DNA of 64,000 bases, taken from assembly GCA_964016885.1 (NCBI GenBank), contig OZ024743.1:300948001-301012000 (forward strand). The letters are read 5' to 3'. The first letter of the stretch is position 1. Each line of letters begins with the position of its first letter. The notes beneath the pieces are model-generated. The model ran no database searches. It was given only the letters and a program-made list of their open reading frames with translations, and was not told where the DNA came from. The DNA comes from Eledone cirrhosa. Lineage: Eukaryota. A program made the translations under genes and the position numbers. Positions 43,758-57,270 of this stretch are shown here, in pieces.

Positions 43758-43895
43758 ACCAAATAAATATATATATATATATTTTTTAAATAAGACTACA
43801 GTTGCATCTTCGATTTCATCTCTTTTTCTTTATACTTTCACTCGTGTAGGACACCTCGGTTATTTTTCAATTTGTAAAAAAAACCTCACTTTCTA

Positions 43896-43934
<39 letters not shown>

Positions 43935-43940
43935 TATACC

Positions 43941-43999
<59 letters not shown>

Positions 44000-44629
44000 A
44001 CATATATATATATATATATATATAAATATCCAATCCAAGAAAGTGTGAAATTGTTTTGTTGCCATAATAATTCCAGTTCTTAATCAATCATTATCCTGTT
44101 TGGTTGTTGCTTACGTTACTTTTGCATTCTATAGTAACTGTTCCTTTAATCAATCACAGTTTATTCTTAAAACCCATACTGCACCCGAGGCAACATCTGA
44201 GTTTAAAATTTGTTAAAAAATATATTGCTGATAGACAGCTACCATGATGTATAATTTGACTTGAACTCTTGGTTGCTTTCAGAATTTAATATTGTTTTGA
44301 TGTCGAATGCCATCTGACCTTCTATGTGTTTTACAGAATTACTTTACAAGAAATTCATTAATTTATTAATTTAACGAGATCTTCATTAGAAATCAGTCTT
44401 GATGACGTTAGCAAAACTTATGCTGGTTACGCTGTTTTTCGTACTATTCTGTTTTGCACGTGTCTGTTTTTTGTAAAATTATTTATGCCCTGCTTTGATC
44501 TGCTCTTTTGACGCTTATACTTTATCAATATTTTTGAATATATTTTACTGCTTGACCTATTTCCTAAGTTGCTACAATATAAAATATCATCATTTCTTTT
44601 AAATATCGCTTCAGTTTTATTTTATATAG

Positions 44630-47590
44630 CAGGCGCTGTTTGTAAGTTGCTAAAATCTTACGATAGAATTGGAGATACTTTTCTACTAACTGCTCCAGGT
44701 CCGCCAATCACAATCGGTACAACTTCTACGTTTCTGATACTCCACAGTTTCCTGATTTGTCCCTTCACCTCTTGGAATTTCTCAACTTGCCCATTTTCCT
44801 TCTCATTCACCCTGTGGTACCACGGTGAAGTGATACCGACTTCACACGCTTTGTTATTCTTCTTTTATACAACAACAATGTCGGACTTTCTTGTCATGAT
44901 AAAATAGTCGCACTTGGTGGTCATGTCCCACACAATCTTATAATGTTCCTGCAAACCTTTCCGGTTGCTCTTCATAACATTTCTCACTTCAGCTCATCTA
45001 ATACTTCCAATGAACTAATGACGCAGTGCTGTTATGATTACTATTGCACTCATTCTCAGCAAGCATTTGACATTCACTAATAGTGTTCTGAATTGTTTCA
45101 ACTTTCCCACCACACAGTCTACAATGTGGCGAATTGACTCGTCAATATTCCATTTGATATAGGTCATTCACAGTGCCTGTTCGTGGGCTGCATATATAAG
45201 GGCCTCAGTTTCAATTTTAATTGAGATGTCCAGTCCCTATCTTTGTCAACTCTCTTAGGATCTTCACATACGAATTTACCATGCATTTTCTTGATTCCAT
45301 CTCTACAACGTGTCACCTTGTCTGTATTGCATAAACTCTCCGTTTCGCTTAGCTGCATCACTGTTTAGAAACTTTATCTTCCTAAACACCTGCCAACAAT
45401 CTCTCCGTTGAAATCTTTACATACCATGCCAGTTTATATTCCACCGAGTTCACACATTTCACAGCTAATGAGACCTCTTCCACCTTTCTGTCGTGATAGA
45501 TAAAACCTGTCCGCCTCAGCTTTGGCCCATTGTAATGTCATAATTTCCCTGGAATTTCTAGCAAGCTTTTTAAGTCCATCACACCTCAACCCAATCACAC
45601 CAACGAGATACATTAGCTCTGCAACTCAAGTCTCCGTTTATTTTCCTTTGATAACATTTCTCTCATTTCCTTCATTTTCATTTGTTTTGTTTCCAAGATG
45701 TTTAAGTACTTATAACTGTTGTCATCAATTTCCTTCATACCTTGTCCGTCTGGTAATTCAATCCCTGCCATCTTATTAATTTTACCTCGCTTCATTTGTA
45801 GCATGGCACACATTTGTATGCCAAACTTTAATCATACATCTGTAATCAATGTATGAACAGTCTAATCAAGGGTATCAACATTTTTATAGGATTTCTCATA
45901 CGGGTATAAGTCATCCGTGAACAACAAGTGGTTTATCCTGAATTCGTGACCTCCCCACTCGTAACCAGCCTTTTAAATTCTCAACACTAACGAAGGTGAG
46001 ACGATATACTGTAAACCAAAGGTGGAAGACTGTTTCCCTGAAATATTCCACTCTTGATCTTCACAAATCCCAATGTTTGTCTACATGATGTAATCTCAGT
46101 CTTCCAACTATCGATACTGCTCACCAAAACTGTCTGACGTAGCTGTAATACCAAACATGTTCAAACATTCTACTCTCCAACTATGTGGCATCATGTCGAA
46201 ACCCTTGCGGTAATCGATCCAGTCCATGGCAAGAGGTGTGTGTCTCCTTTTACAATCTTAAAGGATCGTGTTATTAATAAACAATTGATCCTTAGTCTCA
46301 AAACTTCTCTACTACATCACGTCTGCTCTGCAGATCGTATCTCCTCCAGGTATTAATACATTGCCTCCACAATGACACCTGTAATAAGTTTCCACGTAAA
46401 CGGGAGACACGAGATCAATCTCAAGTTATCAACGGTATTTCCATTGCTGGGCTCCCCTCTATAAACAAGATATTCTCCCAACCTTTTGGCTGTTCCAGCC
46501 ACCTGTCTTATTCAGTTAGTCATCAATTCTCCCATGAAGGTCACTCAGCTTATTCAACCAGAATCCTTTCACTCCTTCTTAGTCGGGAGACTTCCAATTT
46601 GGTACTCTTCTACACTGGATAGTTACTATATCAGTTGCTATCTCCAATCATCTCTGTTTATTATCCTCAATGTCATATTTCATTTTAGTCATCCACTCCA
46701 CACATCGAATGTGATCTTTTCCTACACTACAGATATGACTCCAATACTTTTTAATTTCATCCGTATCAGGGGCTACATCACCATTCCTAACCATGTCATT
46801 TACCTCCAGATAGAATCTCTTCTGAATTTGTTGGAAACGTACATACTGTTTATACTACTTAATATTTCCAGCTTTGCCAAGTACCTTTTGTTTCAGTTCC
46901 TAAATTGGACTTTCTCCTGATATTTTCTTCCCTATAAGATGTTCAATACTTCCCCATTTTTAAAATGTACATCGTTTTTCCCTTTCCAGAATATTAACAT
47001 CATTCCTAAGCATTTTGATTTACCATTAAATTCTTTTTCTATCATGGTTTCTTGATATACTTTTGTGTTGTCTATTTTATAGCTAAAATGTTAAAAATGT
47101 AAATATTCGCAGTGCTGTGATGTTTCTAGTTGGCAGCTAGTCAAGGATAGTGTTGATTGTGTTAATTCTTTTAGCTAGTATTGGGTTGCTCTTTTAAAAG
47201 ATGTTTTGATTATTGCCTCCTGATATAGAGATCTCCAATATATCAAAAATCATATATATTTATTTTATATGTTCTTCAGTTCATTAATGATAATGTCACT
47301 CCCCACATCATCTTGAATATTCAGTTCCTGTTCTTCCTGTAGGATTCAATCATTAACATATATTTCAATCTCAAGATAGCCACCCGTTCTTTCGTATTGC
47401 CATTGCCCGATCACAAATTCTCTGTTCAGAAACTTCAATGAGCTTCATCTCCTGTCATACATATAACAACCTTTGTCTGTATCCTATAATTGGCACACCG
47501 TTTTCATTTACAGAGCTACTTCTAAAATAATCAATATTAGCCTTGTTTACATACTTAATCCACTTCATTCTAGCAGTGTCATAATTTCAA
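44630..47590 (-). mobile_element. Old, near full-length degenerate R4/Dong-like LINE
   Basis: Fragments RMKWIKYVNKA..GYRQR (N-terminus), AMDWIDYRKGFDMMPHSW, GIFQGNSL, NHLLFTDDL, YKYLNILE, VVPIVIG (endonuclease region); many stops. Confidence 0.82.
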
Positions 47591-47617
47591 CCGGGCCTGT
47601 GCTGCCCAACAACAGCT

Positions 47618-47710
47618 CAATAAAATGAAGCACCAATAATGAACTGGGAACAATTTAATTGACTTCCACACCCTTAAAATCGTTGGCCTTATGCCTAAAT
47701 CAGAACCCAT
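47618..47710 (+). mobile_element. 3' half of a diverged SINE ending in (ATT)n
   Basis: aaaatgaagcaccaataatgaactggg...ggccttatgcctaaatcagaaccc attattattatt. Confidence 0.6.
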
Positions 47711-47726
47711 TATTATTATTATTGTT

Positions 47727-48417
47727 ATTGTTCTTTGAGTCTCAGTCCTTGATGTCATTTTGAGATAGTACCTGGTACCTAGTGCGCCTATGACAATCGG
47801 GACGACTTTGATCTCATGGCAGTTCCAAATCCTTTTTACCTCTCACTTTAAATCCTGGTATCGGTTAATTTTCTCCTTCTCCTTTTCTTACACTCACGTG
47901 TCAAATGGGCAGGCTACATATACAATGAGAAACGATCTTTATTCCTTGCCCAAAACCACCAGGTCAGGACTATTGTGTTCTAATTTCCTGTCCGTCTGTA
48001 TCCTAAAATCCCATAGCACCTTCAGCTGATTGTTTTCTATCACCGAATCTGGCTTCCGCTGAATATGCTAAATTGTTTAGTCTGCATAGATGCCACTGAA
48101 TCACCTTTCCAATCATATCATGTCTTCAGCCTTTATAGTGAGTCTGGGCTAGGTGTTTACACTCGGATACAATGTGAGCCACAGTCCCCCTCTATCTCCA
48201 CAGAGCCTACACGATGAGCTAGCCTCAACCTTATCAATATGGTGTTTCACATACTTTATTCTGAGGGCTTGCTCTTGCGCAGACATTAGCATTCCTTCTG
48301 TAGCTTTTTTAAGGTCTCTTTTTAACCAGTTCCATGTCTGTGAATCTCTGAATTCCGTTTTATTAAAGAAGCTGCTATGAAGGGATTTTTCATGAAGGTT
48401 GATCTTCTCCCGTTCTG
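47727..48417 (-). mobile_element. R4/Dong-like family A 3' fragment between (ATT)n tracts
   Basis: Same 3' terminus (ctttgagtctcag) and endonuclease sequence as 1646-2145. Confidence 0.85.
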
Positions 48418-48430
48418 TTATTATTATTAC

Positions 48431-48471
<41 letters not shown>

Positions 48472-48472
<1 letters not shown>

Positions 48473-50457
48473 AGTTGCATTTATCTTGCTTTATGTTCAT
48501 ACGAGTTATCACCAAGTCACAACCAGTGACCTCAAGAGACCACAAGGTCCGCCATGTTCAAGAAAGAACATGCATATTTAGTGTTTAGACTTGTGATGTA
48601 CTTATATTGACAGAATCTTCCTTAGTATATGGGCAGTTCCCATTAGTACTATCTTTTGTATTTCTCCTATACGCCAGTTTCTTGGGATTTGCGATATGTA
48701 ATCAGTAGACCCCTTAGGTATCATTCCCAGAGCGCCTACAACCTCTGGTATTGTTTTAGTTCTCAATTTCCACATTTTTCCAATTTCTATCTCCAGGTCC
48801 TTATACTTGCTCAATTTTTCAAATGTTTTTATAGATACATTCTTGTTGGAGCTATAGGACTGCACATTGAAATTATATGGTCAATGGTCTCTGGTTGTTT
48901 TTTGCATACACGGCATAATGGGCTGCACCCATTTTTTATTATGTTGGCTTGGTAATTTTTTGTTGGCAGACACTGATCTTGTGCCGATATAATCAGTCCT
49001 TCAGTCTCCGATTTCAATCCAGAGGATGCCAACCACTGATGGGTTAAAGTTTTGTCAACATCAGGATTGTTAGCTCGCTCTGGCTATTTTCCATACAGAG
49101 GCTTTTTCTTGCCATTTCTTAGCCAATTTCTGTAGCAGTTCTTTCTTTGCAGTTACTTTTACCTGCTTTGCTTTTTCTGTGTTTTCCATTTCAGCAGTAA
49201 ATGGGACTTCTGAAATGTGTAGTCCATTACTGTATCTTTGTGCATCTTTTGTAATGGAATATGATCTTTTGATGCTTTCGTGTTTCAAAACGAGTTTGAT
49301 CATCCAATCATGTGATTCCCTTAGATATGTAGATAATCCAATTGTTGCAGTTTTCAACGCAATGTCTAACTGGATTAACCCACGTCCTCCTTCTTACCTA
49401 GGGAGATATATTCTATCTATATCTGCCTTAGGGTGATGCATTCTGTGCATGGTTAAGAATTTTCGAATTTTTGTATCGAGCCTACGGATCTCTGTGCTTG
49501 ACCAGTTGATGACATTGTAACTGTAGGTTACTACTGGTATGGCAAGCGTGTTTATGGCATCGATCCTATTCCTTGCATTCAATTCCGTTCTTAAGATTGC
49601 TCTTACTCTGCGGTAACATTCCTTCCTTATCCTTTCCCTCATTGTCGAGTGCTTGATTCCGTCTCCTTCACAAACACCTAGATATTTGTAAGTTTTTCTT
49701 GATCAAGTTCTCTTATCACGTTCCCCCGATCAAGATTAATGTCTGAACTCTTCAGCAGCTTTCCTCTGGTGAATGTTGCTTTGGCGCATTTATCTAGTCC
49801 AAACTCCATTTTAATGTCATCACTGAACTGCTTCACAGTGGATAATAGCCCTTGAAATTGTTCATCATTTTTTGCAAATAGTTTCAGGTCATCCATGTAG
49901 AACAGGTGATTAATGGTTTTGTCATAGACTTTATATCCATGTTTTGTTTCATTGAGCATTTTACTTAATGGTATAAGTGCGATGCAGAATAAAAGCCGTG
50001 ATAAAGGGTCACCCTGAAAAATTCCACAATTAATATTAACTTCTCCAGCTTCCAGTGATTTTGTTTCACTATTCAAAAGGAGTGTCGTTTTCCACGTCTT
50101 CATACTGAATGACAAAAACCTCCTGACAACGGGGGATACTTTGAAAATCGCTAAACATTTTTCAATCCAACTGTGTGGCAAACTATCAAATGCTTTTTTA
50201 TAATCTATCCAAGCAATCGATAGATTTTTGTGTCTATTATGACAATCTTCCAGTATCATTTTGTTAACCAGAAACTGATCCTTACAGCCATATGAGCCTC
50301 GTTTACACCCTTTCTGCTCAATGGGAAATAGGTCATTTGATGTCAGGTGGTCATATGTGTATTCAGTTAGGACTGATGTTAAAATGTTATACATTGTGGT
50401 CAAGCAAGTTATCGGTCTGTAATTTTTGGGATTGTTTGTATCATCATTCTTCGGAAG

Positions 50458-50458
<1 letters not shown>
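48472..50458 (-). mobile_element. R4/Dong-like family B, 5'-truncated (RT, zinc finger, RLE), between (ATT)n tracts
   Basis: [81 protein letters not shown]. Confidence 0.9.
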
Positions 50459-50512
<54 letters not shown>

Positions 50513-53129
50513 GTTCTTAGAGTCTCAGTGATTGATGTTATTTAACTAGAAAGTTTGTTGAAATGAATATCAAGCCACTACCTGCAGCCTCAGATATTCA
50601 GGACGTATCGGAGGGTTCTTGCTGTTCCCAGCAAGCATGCCTTTTGAAGTGTTCCAAAAAGTGGGACGGGACCAATTATCTTTAACCATCCATGGAAACT
50701 CTTTGTGATAGTACCTAGTGCACCTATGACAATCGGGACGACCTTGATTTCATGGCAGTTCCAAATCATTTTTTCTCCCCACTTTAAGTCCTGGTATCTG
50801 TAGATTTTCTAACACTTCTTTTCTTGCACTCTCGTGTCAAATGGGCAGGCTACATCTACAATAAGGCACGATCTTTTTTCCTTGTCCAAAACCACCAGGT
50901 CTGGCCAATAGTGTTATAATTTCTTGTCCGTCTGTATCCTAAGATCCCATAGCACCTTCACCTGATCGTTTTCTATCACCGACTCTGGCTTATGCTCATA
51001 CCACTTTTCAGAATGTGGTAATTTTTTTACTTTGCATAGGTGCCAGTGGATCACCCTGCCTATCATATCATGTCTCCAGACTTTATAGTGATTCTGGGCT
51101 ATGTGTTTACAGTCGGATACAATGTGAGCCACAGTCTCCTCTCTCTCTCCCCAGATCCTACACAGTGGGTCAGCCTCCTTGTAAATGTGGTGTTTCTCCC
51201 ACTTCGTTCTGAGGGCCTGCTCTTCCGCAGCCATTAGCATTCGTTCTGTAGCCTTTTTAAGGTCTCCTCTCTTTAACCAGTTCCATGTCTGTGGGTCTCT
51301 AAATTCAGTTTTCTTAAAGAAGGTACTATGAAGGGAGTTTTCATGAAGTTTGCTCTTCCTCCTTATTGTTATTTCCTCCTTGGACATCCCCTGGACTATT
51401 GTCTTCTGCTTCAGTACAATTTTGATCATTGGCTCCCTACTGTCAGTCACGTATAAGGTGCAGGTTGTTTTTCTCCACCTGAACACAGTCCTCTATGCTG
51501 TTAAGACCTCTTCCACCTTCAGATCTCTTTAAGTAGAGTCTATCGATATCACTCATCTTGTGGAACATATTGTAGATAGTCAATAGCTCTATCCATTTAT
51601 TTTTGTTCAGCAACATTCCATTTCAGAATTCCCGCACTGTACCTAATAATAGACACAGCACGGGAATTCACTGCACTTATGACATTCCTACTATTTAGGT
51701 GTAATTTTAATACGCTCCCTACTATCCTTATGTACTCAGATCTTATCGATTCATTCGTTTCTTTTTGTTCTTGATGTCAACTGCCTCCAGAACACATATA
51801 TTATTTGTATACCTCCTCAGTGTCAATTTCCTTTATCTTCTCAACTGTTGGTACCTGGATTTCGTTGCTTCTGCTCTTTTTCCCCACTTCATCACTAGGA
51901 CTCCAATTATTAATACCAAATTCCATACATATATCATTGCTGAAAATACGGACAGTGTCAACAAGTACATCAAAATCCTTCTCACTCTTCCCAAAGAGTT
52001 TAAGATCGTCCATGAAGAGGGGCTGGTTGATGGTAAGCTCTCCTTTTCCCAACTTGTATCCTGCTCTCACTTTTCGCAATATAACGGTCAGAGGTATCAG
52101 GCCAAGGGCAAACAGCAGAGAGAACAAACTATTTCCCTGGAAGATACCTCTCTTGATCTTTACGCCTCCCAAGGATTCTCCACCCGTTGTTTACTCTGTT
52201 TCCCAGGACTTCATACTTTTGCTCAACAACTGGCTGATGTTATCTGCCACCTTGAAGATCTCTAGGTTTTTGGTTCTCCAAGAATGAAGTACGATGTCGA
52301 ATGCCTTTTTGTAATATATCCATCCCATGGCAAGACTAGTGTGCCTCCTCTTGAAATTTCTCATTACCTTCTTATCAATAAGTAACTAGTCTTTTGTACC
52401 GCGGGACTTCTTTCGGAATCCTTTCTGTTCGTTCGTTAGCAATTTGTTTATGTGGAGGTGATGGTAGATTTCCTCAGACACAATGCTTGTTAAAGTTTCC
52501 ACATTACGGACAGCCATGTGATGGGCCTTAAGTTGGTGACATGATTACCCTTGATTCAGTCTTTCATTACCAGAACTGTGGTACCTTTTGTCAACCACTC
52601 TGGTACCTCACCCGACATCAAGCAGTCATTGAACATGGTTGTCAATTTCGGGTGGAGAGATGTTATGTTTTTAATCCAATACACTTGCACACCATCTGGG
52701 CCTGGTGATTTCCAGTTGGTTAGTTTTTTGGCCTGCCCGTTAATAGTTGCAACTGTGTTGTTGGTGTGCCTGTTTACTAATCTCCTTTTGAACTGTCGTC
52801 TCACTCCACACTGCCTGACCATTATGTTCAACATCCTGCTTCCATATTCCTCTCCAGAATGCGTTAGTCTGTTCCGCCTCAGGCATCACGCCGTTGCCTC
52901 TTTCTTTCACTTCAAGCGGTCCAAACATCTTCTCGTTGTTGTCACACATGCGGTTCTGTCTATACTGACTGACTCTGTTCTCATACCGCCTAATCATTGC
53001 ATTCTTTGCTACAATGCATGGCCTCAGTTCCTCTATGATAATATTTTGCTTTTTCCTCCTAGTTTTGTACTTTATTTCCAGTCTATTTTTAGTGTCTATG
53101 TTTTGTAGTGTCCCATTCAGTAGGGGCTC
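50513..53129 (-). mobile_element. R4/Dong-like family A copy, degenerate, with (AAT)n tail on its sense strand
   Basis: ORFs 50914, 51801, 52556, 52740; KSPGPDG, GIFQG, LFMDD, KVLWD. Confidence 0.9.
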
Positions 53130-53136
53130 TTATTAT

Positions 53137-54184
53137 TAAGGCTTACGGGGACCGAGTCAGCGATTTAGTTAAGCAAAAGTTGACAGGGGCGATCATCCAC
53201 AACAGATGGTGGGGGGCCCTCAAAAGAGAGATTAGAGTAACTTCGATAGAGTTCAGCAAAGAACTAGCGTTAGAGAAACATAGAAAGGAGGGGTAGCTGG
53301 TAGATAAGTTAGACGAGGCTATTTGTAGTGGCATTGCAACTGACGTGCTAGCGGCGAGAATGGCATTAGACCATTTCTTCAATGCGAAACACGAAGGTTG
53401 CATTGTCAGAGCTAAGGCGCGTGCGCTGAGAAACGAGGGAACCAAAGCTGTTCGATGGGCCCGCGTGGCGGAGGCGCAGCTTGGTAATAAAACCACAATT
53501 CGGTCTTTCGCGGACCGAGACGGACACGAGATAAGCGATTCCAAGCGGATGTGTGAGGCCTCTCGCCAGCACTTTGCTCGGTTGAGAGTGGCGAGTCAGA
53601 GAGAGTAGCTGATTTCAGTCCCTTCGGCTTGTCGCGCATCTCGACCGTCGACGCTGAGCGCTGCAAAAGGACGATTACTTCAGCCGAAATTCAGGACGCC
53701 CTTTTCGGCTGCGTAAGGCGCAAGTCACCCGGTTTGGTTGGCCTGCCCTACGAGCTTTACGTTAATATGCCAGATTTGTTCTCCGAACTCCTCGAAGGAC
53801 TTTTCTGCAACTGGCAGCAGAATGGGAATATTCCTAGTTCTGTGAGCAGGGGAGTGGTGACGCTGATAAAGAAAGACGAGAACAAAAGGGATACATTAGA
53901 CAACTTCAGGCCCATAACTCTGCTCAACACAGAGTTTAAGATTTTAGCCAAGGTGTTAGCAAAGAGATTGCCGCTTGTCGTCGAGGATTTGGTTGGGGGA
54001 GGCGCAAACTTGAGCAATACCAGCCAGGTCCATACACGACAATCTCCACCTCATGCGATACATCATAGAGAGGGTAGGGTGTAAACCTGGCTTCGGTGGG
54101 GCACTGATCAATTGAGATCAATCGAAAGCATACGATAGGATCGACCATCGGTATCTAGAGTTTGTCCACAAAGCAGCTGGCTTC
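53137..54184 (+). mobile_element. Tx1/L1-clade ORF2 internal fragment
   Basis: GCIVRAKA, KSPGLVGLPYELY, NFRPITLLNTEFKILAKVLA; homologous to 12760-13128. Confidence 0.88.
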
Positions 54185-56330
54185 TGCTCATCTTACCCCT
54201 CCTCATCACAATGACTCCACACTTACTAATACCAAATTGCATACATATATCATTGCTGAAAATACGGACAGTGTCAACAAGTACATCCACCTCCTTCTCA
54301 CTCTTCCCGAAGAGCTTAAGATCGTCCATGAAGAGGAGATGATTGATGGTAAGCCCTCCCTTTCCCAACCTATATCCTGCTCTCATCTTTATCAGTACAC
54401 TGGTCAGGGGCATCAGGGCAAGTCAAAACAACAGAGGGGTCAGACTATTCTCCCTCGAATATACCTCTCTTGATCTTCACGCTTCCTAAGGATTCTCCAG
54501 TTGATGTTAACCGTGTTTTCCAGGACTTCCACTTTTGCCCAACAACTGTCCGATGATATCTGCCACCTTGAAGATCTCTAGGCTTTTGGTGATCCAAGAA
54601 TGAGGCACCATGTCAAATGCCTTTTTGTAGTCTATCCATCCCATGGCAAGACCAGTGTGTCTCCTCTTGCAATTCCTCATTACCATCTTATCAATAAGTA
54701 ACTGGTCCTTTGTACCACGGGACTTCTTTCGGCGGCCTTTCTGTTCGTCCGGTAACAAGTTATATGTGTGGAGCTGATGGTAGATTTACTCAGCCGTAAT
54801 GCTTGTCAATAGTTTCCACATTACGGACAGACATGTGATAGGTCTATAGTTGGTAACATCATTATACTTGATTCGGTCTTTCATTACCAGAACTGTGGTA
54901 CCTTTTGTCAACCACTCTCGTACCTCACCTGACATCAAGCAGTCATTGAACATGGTTGTCAGTTTCGGATGGAGCGATGTTATATTTTTAATCCAATACC
55001 CCTGCACACCATCTGGGCCTGGTGATTTCCAGTTGGTTAGTTTTTTAGCCTGCCCTTTAAGAGTTTCAACTGTGATACTCAAATCAGTTTGTTGGTGTGC
55101 CTGGTCACTAATTTCTTTTTGTACTGTCTCAATCCACACTGCCTCGTCATTATGTTTAACATCCTGCTCCCATATTCCTCTCCAGAATGTCTTAGTTTGT
55201 TCCGCTTCAGGGATCAAGTCGTTGCCTCTTTCTTTCCCTTCAAGCTGTCCAAACAGCATCTCCTGGTTGTTGTCAAACATGCGGTTATGACTATACTGAC
55301 TGACTCTGCTCTCGTATCGCCTAATTTTTGTACTGTTTGCTACAATGCGTTGCTTCAGTTCCTCTATGATATTATTTAGCTTTTTCCTCCTAGTTCTGTA
55401 GTTTATTTTCAGTCTATTTTTAGTGTCTATGTTTTTTAGTGTCCCATTCAGTAGGGACTCAAGCTTTCCAATGTCATTTCTCATTTCCCTGATTTGACCA
55501 TTCAGTCGTTTCTTCCACCAATGTTCTGATCTTTCTTGTTTGTTGTTTCCTCTCGCTTTAATGCCAAGTAATTTCCTCACCGCATTTGCTGTTGCTTTGA
55601 GGATATTGTTGCACTGGTGAAGGCTCCTCGCCTCAAGGTATGGGATGACATTGTTTACCTTAGCTGTTGTTTCTTTTAACTTTTTTCTGTGTACAAATCT
55701 TAGGTTCATAGGTTTCTCACTATCATTGTTCAATTCATCAACCAAATCTTGTGTATCAACCAAATCTTGTCCTAGCCCCTCAGCATTCATCTAAATGGCC
55801 ATAACTTTGTTCCAGGTATTATTTATTTCAGAATTCAGATCATTGTCTGCTTCGGATGGTTCCTCCGTTCTCTCAACCTTTTCACCTTCATTTCCCACTG
55901 GCTCGTTTGCCTGGCATACTCCTCTCTCTATTTCCAACCTAATATCTCTGCTCAGTTCCTCCAGTTCCAGCTCGCTTATCCATCCATTAGTTCTTATTAC
56001 CCGAGCCTGCCCGGCCAATTTTTGTTTATCTAATTTAAATAGACCAAGCTCGTTCCAGATGTTATGCATCCGTTTCCTATAACCTTTCTCCTTGGTGTTA
56101 CTCTTCAGGTAACATTCCATGACAGTTCTATTCAATTCTTTCGTCCAGTTGGTTCTGGTCTGTTTCCTTCTTCTTCTTCCTCCGACACCAGCAGTATTCT
56201 GTTGACAGCCAGGTCCTTGCTGCTGAGCCAGGGAGCACCTGCTGGTTGAGAGTCTGTGACATGACATTCCAGTCTCCACTTCACCGTTATTCTAACTGTT
56301 TAGGTACGACATTTAAACACTCTTATCGAG
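54181..56330 (-). mobile_element. R4/Dong-like family A 5' half including the ORF N-terminus
   Basis: ORFs 55791-56279 and 54786-55790 are one frame split by a TAG; [41 protein letters not shown]. Confidence 0.9.
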
Positions 56331-56660
56331 GATTGGTGAATGTATGGTTACATAACTACCGGTGATTTCATCACCCCCGGTGATTTTTGTGTGGCACTAT
56401 CACGCTGTAGACGAACATAAATAAACAGCAAACAAATAGGTAAAAAAAAAAACCCCAAAAGAATGAGCATAAGTTTCATTGTAATGTAATGTTTGAATGT
56501 CTGACTTAGTTTTTTTTTCCTTCTCTGTCTGTCTGTTTGTTTTTCTTTTCATTTTTCTTTTCTTTACGATTTTGATTTTTGTTTTCGTTGATTTTTTGAC
56601 CGGGTCATCAAATCAGTCGATTTATATATTTTAGTGGGGGTACTACGATGTATGTCTTAG

Positions 56661-56800
56661 CAGGAGGTAGTGGGAGAGAATAGCAGCGGTAGCGATAATG
56701 AGGCAGTGGTGGTGGTGATGCTGTGCTAGTAGTACCTAGCGGGAGGTGGTGGGAGAGAATAGCCGCGGTAGCGATAATGAGGCAGTGGTGGTGGTGATGT
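56661..56800. repeat. Two-copy ~79-bp direct repeat followed by (ATT)n
   Basis: ggaggt.gtgggagagaatagc.gcggtagcgataatgaggcagtggtggtggtgatg occurs twice. Confidence 0.85.
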
Positions 56801-56802
56801 GA

Positions 56803-56833
<31 letters not shown>

Positions 56834-56834
56834 T

Positions 56835-57270
56835 AAAGGGATTGTGTGGTGGACAAGGTTAAAAGGGTTACAGACAAACACTTTCCTCTTCGGCGAATCC
56901 CTAATTAATATTTTCAAGTTTCACTTGAAGAGGAAAATCCGGGTGGAGAGGCAAGTGCTGCTTTCTAGCAAGTTTGTTGAAAGGTGGGTGAATGTAGCGA
57001 GAATGGTCCGAGTGAACGGGACCTCTCTGAATATACGTCTGTAGTTTGAGAGATGGAAAAATTAGGAGAGGGCGCTTGCCCTGGTGGCCAGGTTGGCCGT
57101 GGTCTTTTGTGTGGTTTTCGCCACGAGTAACCCTCGGAGGTTTCCCCCTATTGAGGAATTTTTCATTGTTTCAATTCTCATTTTTATTGTTTATATATAT
57201 ATATATGTTTTATGTCCTTTTTATTTTAATTTCTTATATGAATAATAACAATATTTACACGCAAAAAAAA
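56835..57270 (+). mobile_element. Tx1-like LINE 3' end (ORF2 C-terminus and 3' UTR)
   Basis: KGIVWWTRLKGL..FKFHLKRKIRVER..FVERWV matches the end of ORF 11134. Confidence 0.9.

Larger units (their letters stand above)
43531..43895. mobile_element. Fold-back PLE pseudo-LTR pair (centre ~43682) with tail on the right arm
   Basis: gatggagggtctgtggtttttctcaca pairs with tgtgagaaaaaccacagaccctccatc; in (TA)n. Confidence 0.88.

Noticed and set aside
56330-56420. Possible HDV-like ribozyme at the R4-like 5' UTR
   Set aside because: I could not build the nested double pseudoknot by eye.
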